Below are positions 26,542-40,396 of a stretch of 64,000 bases of DNA, in pieces. The notes beneath the pieces were generated by a model. That model was given only the letters and a program-made list of their open reading frames with translations. It made no database searches and was not told the origin of the DNA. Source of the DNA: Octopus vulgaris (taxonomy: Eukaryota); assembly GCA_951406725.2 (NCBI GenBank), contig OX597815.1, positions 171,864,001 through 171,928,000 on the forward strand, read 5' to 3'. The stretch's first letter is position 1. Every line of letters starts with the position of its first letter. Both the position numbers and the translations under genes were made by a program.

Positions 26542-28199
26542 TAACCAGAACAAATATTATAAGGCAATTTGTTCTACACTTTCACAATTCTGCCATCAAC
26601 CACAGTTGCTGCACATAAAAACATGTTAGATTATGTAAAAAGAAAAAGCTCATTCACTAATCTCACAATATGCTCTGAATTCTATCTCTCTCTCTTCTAA
26701 AACTTCCTGAACATTTCATGCTTCTCTAAACTAGAAACTAATTTTCACTCCTGCTGAAACCTACTTGATGCATCTACTGTCTCATCTAACAAATCCTATA
26801 CTGAATACTTTCTTCCCAGAATTACAAAGCTCAGAAAATCCAGCTGTCCCAGTACATTTTCAATATAGACATAAATTTATAGAAGTTCAAGCTAAATGTC
26901 AACTACTTGAAGCACATCAACCTGGTAGGACCTGGAATGGGTATGGTTACACCTCGTTCTCCTTCAGATAAAAAATCATTTTAGAAAAATTGAGTAGATA
27001 TGAAATCATGTTCTTGAAGAATTTGACAGTAATAAAAGAGAACATTAGACACTGAGTTAGAGACAGGAAGTTCTTTGTAAAGGAAATGACATTTCATAAA
27101 ACTTGATCTAGTGTCGAATGAGGTGCATTCCACATGAGAGTGTACATTATACAGAGTGTATATAACGTATAAAAAACATTGTTGTGCAGCAAATAAACTG
27201 AAAAGAATATTGATAAAATTTTCTCAATCTCAGCAAATAAAATCTTTGAAAAAATTATAAAATATCTCATCGTTGTCATTCATCGTTGTTTTACCGTTCA
27301 CTTTACCAGGCTTGCATGAATCAAATGAAATTTGTTGTTGTAGATTTTCTACAGTCACATGCCCATGCTGAGCTCAACCATTACCTTCTTCCGATGAAGA
27401 TAATATTTTCCCATTGCTGGACATGTTTTCATGGTGATGCTTGTTTACAACCAACACAAAGAGACACAAACAAATATGCACATATAAACACACACACACA
27501 TGCACACACACACACACACCTACATAGATATATACATATATAGGCTTTGGTTGGTCAAGGGTTATACAAGACACTTGCCCATTGCCCAAGGTGCCACATG
27601 ATAGCACTGAACCTGTAATCAAATGGTTTTTAACAACACAACCATGCCTGCAGCTATTATGAAAATTAATACATAAAATAAGAAAAACAAAGAAAAAAGC
27701 ATTCATTAAACACTTTACTCAAAAGAATTTGGCATGCATAAACTTTTAGACAAGGAAAGTTATTACAAATATGTTGGCAAACCACAAAACTATTCTATGA
27801 AATGTTTTTATGAATGACCACACTTTTTGGATGTGTATTTCTTTGTGAATAAGATATAGTATATAAATGTAGAATTATTTCTAAATGGATTGCGTAAGCA
27901 TAAACTTAGAGCAGGGCTTAATGTTATAGAAACATTTGTGGTGACACCAACAATGAAGAAACAATTGTTATATTAAAATAAACTCTTTATTTAGATTTGT
28001 TATAACTGTATTGTACGAAATACGTTATCGTTTTGCAGACAAAATGTCAAAGGCAGAAATTACTTTCAAATAACATTTACATTTTGTGGACAATAGCCAA
28101 AAGAATGTGCAAAATTACTAGGGAACAATTTTGAGTTTTTGCCAGTGTAACAGTTTCTTAGAAAAGCTACATATTAACTTCTCTGAAGACTAATTTTCT

Positions 28200-28390
28200 A
28201 ATCCTTTTAATACTCTTATATCTAAAGAGAACGCAGAGTTTGGAGTTAGAATATTACAGGAACACAGAGATCGGAAGGGAATTCCATAAGGTGGCATACT
28301 GCAGAATATTTGATGCCAAAAAATGGTATAAGTAGCAAGAAGCCAGTTCTTGAGGCCAGATTCAGTAATTGTAAGAGAAGTGAAGAGCAA
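28200..28390 (-). pseudogene. L2/CR1-group LINE ORF2 C-terminal remnant
   Basis: ATLWNSLPISVF motif. Confidence 0.55.
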
Positions 28391-28591
28391 ATATGATATA
28401 ATACGTGAGAACTGACAAGTTTTAGTTCAGAGGAGTTGATTTATCTTAGCGATAAGTTTCTTTTAAATGTGGTTAAGAATGCCATATATTAAAGGAATTA
28501 TGCTGTCTATATGCAAAAGCATATTTGGGCTTTATTTCAGATAGTCTGTAGCTATATGAGGAGGAGGCACACTTTTTAACTTAAAATATAC

Positions 28592-28988
28592 TCTTTTTCC
28601 TTTATTTGTTTCAGTCATTTGACTGTGGTCATGCTGGAGCACTGCCTTTAATCAAGCAACTCAACCCCGGGACTTATTCTTTGTAAGCCCAGTACTTATT
28701 CTATCAGTCTCTTTTGACAAACCGCTAAGTAACGGGGACATAAACACACCAGCATCGGTTGTCAAGCAATGCTAGGGGGACAAACACAGACACACAAACA
28801 CACACATGCATATATATATATATACATATATACGACAGGCTTCTTTCAGTTTCCGTCTACCAAATCCATTCACAAGGCTTTGGTCAGCCCGAGGCTATAG
28901 TAGAAGACACTTGCCCAAGGTGCCACGCAGTGGGACTGAACCATGTTGTTGGTAAACAAGCTACTTACTACACAGCCACTCCTGCACC
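28592..28988 (-). mobile_element. SINE family A, full length
   Basis: Reverse complement of the 6609 copy. Confidence 0.9.
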
Positions 28989-29464
28989 TAATAAATTTAT
29001 AAACTTGATGAAATTAGAAAAAAAAAATAGCAAGGAGAACAAAAGATATGGTCATTGTAAGGGTTTTCATACGTCATGTGATGCATTATTCATACACATA
29101 AAACAGACACAAGTATGATAAATATTTATAATAAAGGCACTCATTAATAGATAACTTCAGTATATGTAGCACGTAAGTCAAACACTTGAAACACAATGAA
29201 TTAGTTAGGTGATTCACATTACAAACACTAGCAACTGAAATGTATAACTCACCCTACTACATAACACCAGCATTTATAAAATAAAGTAATAACATATTTA
29301 AAGGATATATTTGCAGATGATACATGATATTCTATGTAAAATTAATGATAATGTCATTGACATTGATAGTGATGATAATAATGTTAATACAATGATTATT
29401 CTGGCTTGTAGCTTCTCAAGTGTATAATTCTTTTGGCTGTTCTATTTACATAATAATTACATAC

Positions 29465-29553
29465 ATTCATAAAGTGGCTCTCTGTAAGAGATGCTGGTGG
29501 AAAGCTGGATGAAATTAAGAAAGGAGTAATGATGAACATTTAAGAATTGAGAT
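29465..29553 (-). CDS. candidate 89-nt coding exon
   Basis: CTAATTACAACAG acceptor, GTATGT donor; only open frame is phase 2->1, SQFLNVHHYSFLNFIQLSTSISYREPLYE. Confidence 0.45.
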
Positions 29554-30689
29554 CTGTTGTAATTAGTTAATTACAGTAATTGAGAAGTGAACATCAATAT
29601 GTGTGTAGTAACTGTTTTGATTCAATTATTTCAGTTTCAGATCATTTGAAGTGTTTGATGGTTACTTTAATTCCTGTCACAATTGATGGTTTATGGCAAT
29701 AAAGTTTTCATTTGAGAGGAGTGTGGGTGTGGCCATACAGTTAAGAAATTTGCTTCACAGCCGCATTGTTCTAGGTTCAATCCCAGTGAGCAACCAATCC
29801 CATCAGCAACCAATTTCAATCCTAACTTTATTTTGAATAATACCTAATTTATGAGTGGAATTTGGTAGATGGAAACTGTGCCAGAAGCCTGATGTATACT
29901 TACATGTGAGTGTGTGTGTGCATGCATGCATCTGAGCATAAGGATCTGCATTTATGTTAATTGTGCAAACCAGTAATGCAGCCTAATATGCAAAAAAAAA
30001 AAAAAAAAAACAGCAAATGAATAACAGTTTAGTCTTTAGATAAATAAAAAAAAACTATAAAATAAGTACCAGACTATTAGAAGTATAGGAGTTGATATAA
30101 TTGACGAAAACCTTTAAGGGTGGTGCTCCAGCATGGCTAGATTCCAATGACTGAAACCAGTTTTAAAAATGTCTTTCAAATACTTATGATATTATCAATT
30201 TTCTGTATGACAGGAAAACGGTACAAAATCAAAATCATATTGAATGAGCAGGATTTTATTTTGTTGTATCTTTGCATGTTTAAAAATGTTAAAATTCTGC
30301 ACAGTATATCAACTTGAATATTTTTCTAACCTTTTCCTACTGGTTATTTCACAATAAAACAATGAGTACTCATTGACATATCAAACAGTTATGACCCTGT
30401 AGCTAGGCAGGAAACACTTCTTTCAAGAAAAAGCAAACCTGAATTTTAAACAGGTATTTTACAACACAAAGACGTAACATCTATTGAAATATTAAGAACT
30501 GCTGCAGCTACAGTTGACAAGGGAAGTAATTCATTTTCAATAACAATTAATGCTTGATTTTAATTTGAATGACTATCAATAAATTTAGCATTTTCTTTTT
30601 CTATAATTTAGTGGTGGAGGAAGAGTAGCTCCTATGACTTTTCACAAGGCTTTCAACACTTGTTAGGGAGGAGGAGAGGAAGAAATAAA

Positions 30690-31080
30690 ATAATAATGAT
30701 AATAATGAAATTATTGTATACAGTGCTCAGGTGCACCATAACTTATCAAAAGTCTGTATAAAGCATATGCAGTAATGTACAAATGTCTGGAAAGTGAACA
30801 GTGTATGAGTCAGATACATGCTTGCATGTGTATGGAGGGGAGGAAATCAAGTGTAGTGTTGGCGAATCTCAGGAAGCAAGGAGGTTTTGAAGGATGCAGT
30901 GCTCCGACAACTAACAACTGATGCTGGCAGTTTGTTCCATACTTCAGCAACTCTTAGCATGAAAAAATATTTCCGAAAGTCATGGGAGCTGTGCTGTTTT
31001 CTGACTTTGTAAACATGTCCACGGGTGTTAGACAGGTGGAGTTTGAAAAGGTGCTCAGTGTACTGCAGCAGAAAACAATA
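30690..31080 (-). mobile_element. CR1-type LINE 3' end
   Basis: TRGHVYKVRKQ...RKYFFMLRVAEVWNKLPASVV...SFK, then 3'UTR and (ATT)n-like tail. Confidence 0.85.
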
Positions 31081-31859
31081 CATCAACTTGGTATGAAGGC
31101 ATACAACAAAGCGAACATTGCTAAAGGCACTCAACGGCTAGGTGGTGGTGGTGATAAACCAAGAGAAGTCCACCACATTTATAGAGAAGGAAACTTAGAG
31201 TTAATGAGGTTAAGGTTTAGTTCCAAAAAAGACGTTAATGTTTTGAAGTTTTATTGTAAAGATCTCTACCATTATACAATATGATTTCACAAAATTCTCT
31301 GCTTCATTTGTAAGTTGTTGAGAATTTGTAACACATTTTTCTGATTCAGCACTAATATACATATGAACAGATACTAATATACATATAAACATGCATGCAT
31401 ACATGCATGTGCACACACCCACCACCTACCCACATGCATACACAGATACACATACATGCATATGTACATACATACACACACACGCATATATGTTTATGTG
31501 TGTGTGTATGTGTGCGCGAGCGTGCATGCATGCATACAGACATACACACACACAGATACATACATACATACATACATACATACATACATACATACAAACA
31601 AATAAATGGTATCACTCAGGCAGCACCTGCTAAACAACAGCAGCAAAAATAAAAAAATATGCAGTGCTGAAAAGTGAAGTGAGCAACATTGTACAAGTTG
31701 GCAGTGAGCTCCTTAAGAAGCACTCTTGATGATCTCTTATACAGCTCCAAAACAGCTGGGCTCTCCTACCTCAGAGAAGGCCTGGGTGGAAAGCACTCAG
31801 CAGACAAAAAAAAAAAAAGACTATGCATGGGTATGTTGCCCAGAAGCTTGGAGAAGATA

Positions 31860-32150
31860 GTAAAATTGACATGAAGTGCAGCATCTCTTGGACACAAGAC
31901 CACTACATCACATCACACTTTGAGGGCTATGCATTTGCAATCCAGGAATGGGAGATTGCCATAGAGTACCAGGTGAACAAGAAAGACGGTGATGCTCTTG
32001 TAATCCCAAGGTGCAACTGCATGTGTAGGTTATGTCATGTTTCTGTGGAAGATATTACACATTTTATTAGCAGCTGTCCTAAAATGTCGTCACAGTACTA
32101 CCTTCCTATGTAGCACAATGTTATTGCTAAATCAATTTACAATGCTATTA
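31860..32150 (+). pseudogene. R4/Dong-type LINE remnant (CCHC knuckle)
   Basis: EGYAFAIQE...CRLCHVSVEDITHFISSCPKMS...Y..x*HN. Confidence 0.8.
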
Positions 32151-32759
32151 CGTTTATATATTTGTTGTGCAAGATTTTTTATGTGAAGTCGTGTGTTGAC
32201 ACAGATATTGTTATATTTCGGAATGGTCATTTTGCCAGTTTAGCCAATAAAAACACACGCACTATATATTTGGTATTACTTTGCTTCAGTGTTATTTATT
32301 TTTTACATTAAGCTTAATCTTCTTTCGGCCAGAGTTCTTTCATTACACTCCTGTGACCGCATCAGTAGTCCTTTGTTTTCTTCTTTCTTATTTGTGTCTC
32401 TCCTTACTAACCATCAGCCATTTTGTACGTACACACATACATACATACATACATACATACATACATAGATTAGTTTTATAAGTAACTACATTAGTGACAA
32501 TCTGGATTAGCTGGGATTTTCAGCAAAAAGGAATCAACCAGCTAACATGCATGTTACAAATACAGTCTGTGAGCAGAACAGTAAAATATGCAAAACTTTT
32601 CTCAAGCTCAAAATGTGTATATGTTTTTGTTGTCAACATTCTATTGATGGAGCGTTGTATATTTGCTAGAAACCAGTACCTTCCTTATAGAAATATTTCA
32701 AATAGTTAAAAATAGAAGAGAAAGAAAGAATGAATGACTCAACAAATGAACATTTAAAC

Positions 32760-33200
32760 AAATATACATGCGTGCATGCAAGTGTGGATATGCTAGCAGA
32801 AATCTCTAGGATGACAGCAATATTGATAAATCAATGCAGACTAACTTGGATAACAAACCAGATGACTAACTTTCACTCTGAAGGGCATGCATTTATAATA
32901 CAGGAACAGGAAATATTTTCCATATTCCTGATGCACAAAAGAGACAGAGACACAGGAAAAACACCAAATTGTGATAACTGATGCGGACTTTGGGGAGTAA
33001 ACAACAAAAATATCACCCACAGCATAAGCTGTTGTCCAAAAATGTCATCATGATATTAATTACTAACAAGACATGATGTGGCCAAAACACTCTATGATAA
33101 AATCCATCAGAAGGAAAAATCCTAACAAAGATATGAGAACCTATAGTGCAGTAGAGACCATAGCCAGTCATAATATGATAAAGCACTGGTGGAATGTCTA
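32760..33200 (+). pseudogene. second R4/Dong-type remnant
   Basis: SEGHAFIIQEQEI...CDN*CGL...THSISCCPKMSS...RHDVAK, with stops. Confidence 0.75.
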
Positions 33201-33719
33201 ATTAGAAGATTATGAGAAAGCTAGTTAGAAGATACAAAAATATAAGCCATCAACAGAACTGTCAAAGTATATAAAACTTGCCAAAGTTTTGCATATAAGT
33301 AAATATGCATATGTCTAGACACTCGACTACGAGCACACATATGTGAAGCACATAAAGATCTGCGCATGCACTGAAGCCAAATACTTGCACATATAAACAC
33401 ATTCATGCACAACTACCCTGCTGATATTGTTGAAATTCTAATGAAGGGGCCTTAGATCTAGGTTAAAAACCAGCTTCTTCACCATTGGTGAAAAATCTAG
33501 GAAATAAAACTAAATAATAACATACATACATGCATACACTTAATCACATATATTCACACACACACAAAGATACACACACATACACACATACATACATACA
33601 TACATACATACATACATACATACATACATACATACATACATACACACACACACAACCACATTATCAAATATTTTTGCAAGTGTGTGTTGTTATATAATAC
33701 TATCTAGATTCTTTGAAGT

Positions 33720-34050
33720 ATGGAAACAATGTCAGTCAAACTTAAAAGACCTTATGTTATTAAACAAAATAGTATTTGGTGAAATGCCAATATGATTGAT
33801 TATTGTGAAGAAAACATCTTCAATAGTCTGGTTTAAGGATAGTTTTAATATCGGGTGATGGATAAATATCAAGAATATACTCATAGTAGTTGAATAATCA
33901 ATAACTATACATGCCTCACAATGCCTTGAAATCACCAAGGTGAACAAGATTCTTCTATGATCTCTGAATTAAGAAGTGTCTTAATTTTATGAGTCATGTA
34001 TTTCCAATCAGTTAATGGGAGAGAGCTGAAGTGATTTGATTTAAATAGAT
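33720..34050 (-). pseudogene. Gypsy/Ty3 reverse transcriptase remnant
   Basis: IKTLLNSEIIEESCSPW, then after a frame change CIVIDYSTT, resembling Gypsy IxxLLxxGIIEPSxSPW...RxVIDYS. Confidence 0.6.
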
Positions 34051-35383
34051 TTGTTATTTTTCTCATGAATGTCAGGAAAAATTGGTGCAAAATTTTTATG
34101 TTTAGGAAGAATGAAAGGCCTTGTCTAGCATATATCAGTACTAAATAAATACTCACTAGGTTCACCTTAACTGACAACTATTGAAAAAGAAGAGCCAGAC
34201 TAACAATTATATCAGTTCTTAAATAATCAGCCACAAGAAATTGAATAGTTTATATTTGTCTCCTGATTCAGCTAAATATTTGCATAACTATAACAAGTCA
34301 TTTCAAATATTAAGCCATTAGCAAGCTTAATTAGAGTAATTAAGTTATGAATGTAGATCTGTAGTAAAACTATACTCAACTTTGTGATGATTTAACAGAG
34401 AGAGAGACACGCACACACACAAATAAAAAAAAGAAGAGTTCTTTGGCAGACATTGGAAGAAACATATTGAATTGGTTACATTTAATTTATTCCTATTCTG
34501 CATTTCATTTCAAAAGGTATTTTTGTTATACCCCTCACACTACAACACATGTCTCTGAAACAAGTGTGAGAAGAGGACATCAGACTATCAATAAAATTAA
34601 CAATTTTCTGAACTTTTTCCTCCAACTTAAATTTTTTGCTATTATTCCAACCCCTAGCACTGACTAATTTATTTTATTAACAAGTTCATATTCTGCACAA
34701 CTTTCTAAATACCAGTACTGGTAACAGCTCTTATAGTACTGAAATAGATGTGCGAAAAGATTAGCAAAAGGCTATATATATATATATATATCTTTTTTAT
34801 CTTTTGTCTTTTAATTGTTTCAATCATTAGACAGCAGCAGTGTTAGATCACCACTTTGAATAATTTTAGTCAAACTAATCAAACCCAGTACTTATTTTTT
34901 TTTTTTAGCCTAGTACTTATTCTATCAGTCTCTTTTGTTGAACCACTAACTTACAGGAACCCATAACATGAGAGACACACTGGCAGGTTATATCTTTAAC
35001 AGATACAAGGAAACAGAACTACAAGATCAATACAGACAGATAGTGAATCACTCAAGTGATACATATATTATAAAGCAGAAGGAAAGTGTGCATTTATTTT
35101 TATACTCAGAAATGAAAAAAATAAATAACTGTAGTTTTGCAAAGACCTCCTCCTCAACTAGAGATAACAGGTGAAATTTCAGTTCAACTGGATAGACTTT
35201 TCTTGACTGAAAGTTGTAGAGAATAAATATTCAATAAATTCACAATGGCTCGTGAATGTTTAATTGACAACAGCAGTAAAACATTTATTTGGTTCAATGA
35301 AAACATTCAATTTACTATTCTGAAGTAGAAAACAAATATCATGAAGTATTATAAGAGTTTGATACCAAGCAAATATGAATATC

Positions 35384-35700
35384 TTTGTAAGCCTAGTACT
35401 TATTCTATTGGTATCTTTTGACGAACCGCTAAGTTACAGGGATGTAAACACCCCAGCATCAGTTGTCAAGCGATGTTGGGGGGACAAACACAGACACACA
35501 AACATATACACACACACATATATATATACATATATACGACAGGCTTCTTTCAGTTTCTGTCTACCAAATCCATTCACAAGGCTTTGGTTGGCCTGAGGCT
35601 ATAGTAGAAGACACTTACCCAAGTTGCGATGCAGTGGGACTGAACCCAGAACCATGTGGTTTGTAAGCAAGCTACTTACCACACAGCCACTCCTATGCCT
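35384..35700 (-). mobile_element. SINE family A (tail missing), followed by a partial copy
   Basis: Similarity to the other copies. Confidence 0.85.
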
Positions 35701-35742
<42 letters not shown>

Positions 35743-36597
35743 TCACAACAGGCTTCTTTCAGTTTCTGTGCAGCAAATCCACTCACAAAGTTTTGATTAG
35801 CCTGGAGCTATAGTAGAAGACACTTGCCATACAGTGGGACTGAACCTGAAATTAACTCCTCAACCACACAGCCATGCTTGCATCTTATTCAAAGACAGAA
35901 TCATCTGAGTGCTAGTCTAGGAAACAAAATGCTTACACATAAAAAAATTAGTATCTTTCAGATTCAATCATTTGAATATTTCATAAGTTTTCTAGATATG
36001 TAGTTGCTTGAGCAACTCCCTTCAAATCATAGCCTAATTACGGTCTACAAAAAAAAAAAAAAGCATTTGTTAATGTAGTCTTAAGTACACAATATCTGAA
36101 AATAAAAGATGGGATGATCAAAACTGGAACACCATTGATCATAGGATTGCTCTATTTCATCTAGCTTGAAACTAAACAAAAACAGTAACAACTTGAGGAG
36201 TATTTACACCCATTTGAATGTATGGATTCAACTGAGTGACTGAATATTAAGAATACCAGTCAATGTGTGTAAGAGAGGCAACTGCACAGATATGGAAAAG
36301 TACAAAGATTTAACAATGGTAGGTAATTATGGCAAAGCAGATTAAAGAAGACATAGGTTGTAAATTGGTAGTTATTAATGTTTTAGATAGAATGCCTCAT
36401 GGTATTTGCTTTAACTCTCCGCAATGTCAGTTCAAATCTCACCAAGGTCAACATTGCTTTTCGTACTTACATGATCTATAAAAGGAGTATCAATTCATCA
36501 GTCTATGGTGAATGATTAGCAAAATTGTGAGAGTATCAAACAAAATACCTTGCAGTATGTGTTCCGTTTCTATGCATTCTGAGTTCAAATACTGATC

Positions 36598-37052
36598 TCA
36601 TCATCATCATCATCATCATCATTTAACATTCGCTTTCCATGCTAGCATGGGTTGGATGATTTGATTGAGGGCTGGCAAACAAGATGGCTGCACCAGGCTC
36701 CAATCTTGATCTGGCAGAGTTTCTACAGCTGGATGCCCTTCCTAATGCCAACCACTCTAAGAGTGTAGTGGGTATTTTTACGTGCCACCGGCACAGGGGC
36801 CAGTCAGGCGGTACTGGCAACAACCTCACTCAAATCTTTTTACACATTCCACTGGCACAGGTGCCAGTAAGGTGATGCTGGTAACGATTACGCTCGAATG
36901 GTGCCTTTCACGTGCCACCGGCACGGAAGCCAGTTAACCGCTCTGGCAACGATCACGCTTGGATGGTGCTCTTAGCACCCTACTAGCAAGGGGCTCAAGT
37001 GCCAGTAAGGCGACGCTGGTAACAATCACACTCGTATGGTGCTCTTTGCACC
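36598..37052 (-). mobile_element. RTE 3' end fragment with modular 3'UTR
   Basis: (CAT)n tail plus GTGCCACCGGCAC modules. Confidence 0.8.
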
Positions 37053-38724
37053 CCGCTATTGAAAATTTTAAAAAAAAATAAATGGTGACTTTTCTGTCAG
37101 GAGTTGCAACTGACAGACAGTTTCAACAATTTGAAAATCAATGGAAACATAGTTTCCGTGTTTTCTTGATTGATTGCTTCCAAGAAGAAATGGTGAGGTA
37201 AAATCTGAAAATGTTAAGCTTAACATGATATCACAGAAACAAGTGAGGTAAAATTTGAAATTCTTAAGCTTAACAGATATGACATCTCAGAATTTAATGT
37301 TATTGGAAATTTACTATATTGTTGATCTAACTGCAATTTGGGACAATAGACGTTAAAAATTAAAATAAAAATTTACTGATTAAAGACGTAAATGCATGGA
37401 GACACAAATATGCTCTCATGTACATATATTTGTATTCAAAGATATGTTTGTAGATGTGTTTAGAGAGAGATAGGGAGAAAGGAGAGCAGAGAGCAGTAAT
37501 ATTTTATCACTGAGAGAAAATATGAATTATTCATGAATATTTATGCAACTCAGGAAATAAGTATTTAAGTACTTTAATCTTGACAGCAATTTGTACGTCA
37601 CAGTCTTTGGGGTTACTGTAACTATAGATATATCTAGATTCTCCTCTCAGGTCTGGATTTTCTTAAGTACTATAAGAAATTATCATGTGACAAATTAAAA
37701 CGTGACTAAAAATTTGTGAGATTAATTATGCCGAGGATTTACATGAAAGAGCCATTTATGTTAACAAGAAGAATTGATCATGCCTCTCTAGCTACCTGTG
37801 TTAGTTGTTAGTGAGCATCTGTTTTCATCAAGCTTTCTTAAAGTTGGATTATAGTCAGGAGTACAAATAAATGTGTACTTACACACGAGGGAATATATCA
37901 TGCTTTGAAAATGAAAATGTCATTAAGTTGATGTCACACTAGTAAAGTGATTTACCTAGATTAGTTTAAATGTTAGTCAATTGATTTACTATATTTTATT
38001 AACACCTTACATGTAAAATCAATTTTTTGTATCATTAAAGACAGAGAAATAAATACCGTATAATGCTTTCCGACTACCATTCATTTTTCTTTTCTCCAGA
38101 AAATAAACACAATAGATTGTCTCAACATATCAAGTGCTTTGAATATAAAATGCACAAAATACACAGGAAAAAGCTAAAAATTAAAGAGTGAGCCTTATTT
38201 TATTGATATTCTTAAAATAACAGGTGATTGATTGCAAATAGATCTTGTTAAGGCTACATAGATGCCAGTAATACTACTGTAGCTTTAATTTAAAGAAGTA
38301 GAGGAAATTGATGCTCTTATTGATTTTGATCTCATATGATATGTTATGTAATTGGCAAAATATATTTTACCATAGCAGTGAATCAAGAAAGGAAAAGTAG
38401 AAGGCTATTTTTGAGCATATTTTAATGTTAACAGGTAAGAGAAGTGCTGATATAGAAAAAAATGTGGTTACAATAGTTGCCATATGCAATTACTAGAAGG
38501 ACTATAGTAAGTCCTCAATGAACCAAGTTTTCAACAGAAGTTTGATTTTAGATAAGAAAATGCATTTTTTTTTCTTTTAAACCTTGTGCCTGTAATTTTT
38601 AGCTATAGTCAGTAGTCAGGAAAGATATTAATTTTATCCGGCTGACTTGCTCTTAGCACATTACATGGAGTAAAGTAATCTGGTGGTGAAGTAGCACAAT
38701 CATACATGATGGGTTATGGAACAT

Positions 38725-39036
38725 TAAATGTTGTTGTTTGTTCCTTCTCAAGCCATGCCTGGCTCATAAGGGCTGGTTTCCCGGTTTCATTGGTGTATAG
38801 GTTCCCCACCTGGATGGGATGCCAGTCCATCGCAGGTGAGCTGCTAGATGCAGGGGGAAAGAGTGAGAGAAAGTTGTGGCAAAAGAGCCAACAGAAGTTC
38901 ACCGTTACTTTCTGCTGGAGCCGTGTGGAGCTTAGGTGTTTCGCTCATAAACACATACATCGCCTTGTCTGAGATTTGAACCTGCAATTCCTCAACTGCA
39001 AGTCTGCTGCTCTAAGCACTAGGTCATGTGCCTCCA
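38725..39036 (-). mobile_element. CORE-like SINE family C
   Basis: Closely resembles 43265-43583. Confidence 0.75.
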
Positions 39037-39194
39037 CAACATTAAATGTATTTATATCAATTACTTCATATTTAAGAAATCAGCTGGTAATTGAGAGCAA
39101 AAACAGCAGACAAAAATTTAGAGGGTCGCATGGCAAAGCAGCGATGGATATCTTATCATACTCACAGAGTGACCATATATTTTAAACATGCAAT

Positions 39195-39352
39195 CATCAT
39201 CATCATTATCATCATCATCATCATCGTTTAACGTCCGTTTTCCATGCTAGCATGGGTTGGACAGTTCAACCGGGGTCTGGGAAGTCAGGAGGCTGCACCA
39301 GGCTCCAGTCTGATCTGGCAGTGTTTCTACAGCTGGATGCCCTTCCTAACAC
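39195..39352 (-). mobile_element. 5'-truncated RTE-tail insertion with TSD
   Basis: CATGCAAT duplicated at 39187-39194 and 39353-39360. Confidence 0.9.
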
Positions 39353-40047
39353 CATGCAATGGGGACAGGAAAGGATCTCAGTTTAGGTACTCAAAATCAC
39401 ACGCACACACACACACATGAATGTATGTATGCACTTTATATCTTTTAAGCATAAGAGTGCATGGTATAAAGTAGGAGTAAAAAGTGTAGTAATAATGCTT
39501 AAAAAAATATAATAGCAGTAACAGTAGAATGATGACAAATTCAAGTTCTCTATTTGCACTGATGAAATTCACATTATAAGTGATATAACCACTACATATC
39601 ATGGACCACTGCAAATAACAGACAAGTTCTATTAATAAAAATATTTAATCAATGCTAAGAGTACTATTAAAAATTTCTAGCTGGTGATAGACGTTTTTAG
39701 AAACTGTTACATTTGTTAACAGTGTACTTTTTACTTTGCATATGATAAAGTTTCAGAGATATATGCTGTTACTTGGCAATCAAATCGTAATCAAACTAAA
39801 GGTGAACTACTTTAGAGGAATAAATTAAATATAATCTACTCAATATCTAATGCGAATTTCAAAACAGATTTAGCACAGATGAAAGCGGCTATTCTCAAAA
39901 CTACTGGTTTTGGACATGTGGTGATTATGGATTATGCAAGCTAAGATAAGAAATGTTTTGCAATGATGCTTGATGGCAAAATGGCTTGTAGTTAATAAGT
40001 GAGATCAACTGATTATAAAAATATTGACCTAATAACTCATGCTAACC

Positions 40048-40078
<31 letters not shown>

Positions 40079-40354
40079 TCTATTTACATAATATATAGAT
40101 GTGTACATATTGAACATACACACAAACACATACATATACACATTGCACACATACACACATGCATACATGTATGTATATAAATAGAAGCATATGTGTGTAT
40201 ACGTTTATGTTTGTGTATGTATGTATGCATGCATGCATGCATGTATGTATGTATGTATGTATGTATGTATGTATGTATGTATGTATGTATGTATGTATGT
40301 ATGTATGTATGTATGTATGTATGTATGTATGTATGCATGCATGTATGTATGCAT

Positions 40355-40394
<40 letters not shown>

Positions 40395-40396
40395 AT

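Noticed and set aside
31270-31351. Minus-strand exon AESEKCVTNSQQLTNEAENFVKSYC
   Set aside because: Weak splice sites and no phase-compatible donor.
34480-35210. Short protein-like minus-strand frames (KKFKLEEKVQKIVNF..., SRKVYPVELKFHLL...)
   Set aside because: Each lacks a convincing acceptor or donor; such frames arise by chance.
37193-37275. 33-bp local duplication
   Set aside because: Ordinary tandem duplication with no functional signature.
39551-39617. Hammerhead (TATTTGCA-CTGATGA...TGCAAATA, 8-bp stem I)
   Set aside because: No GAAA after the putative stem II and no UH triplet.
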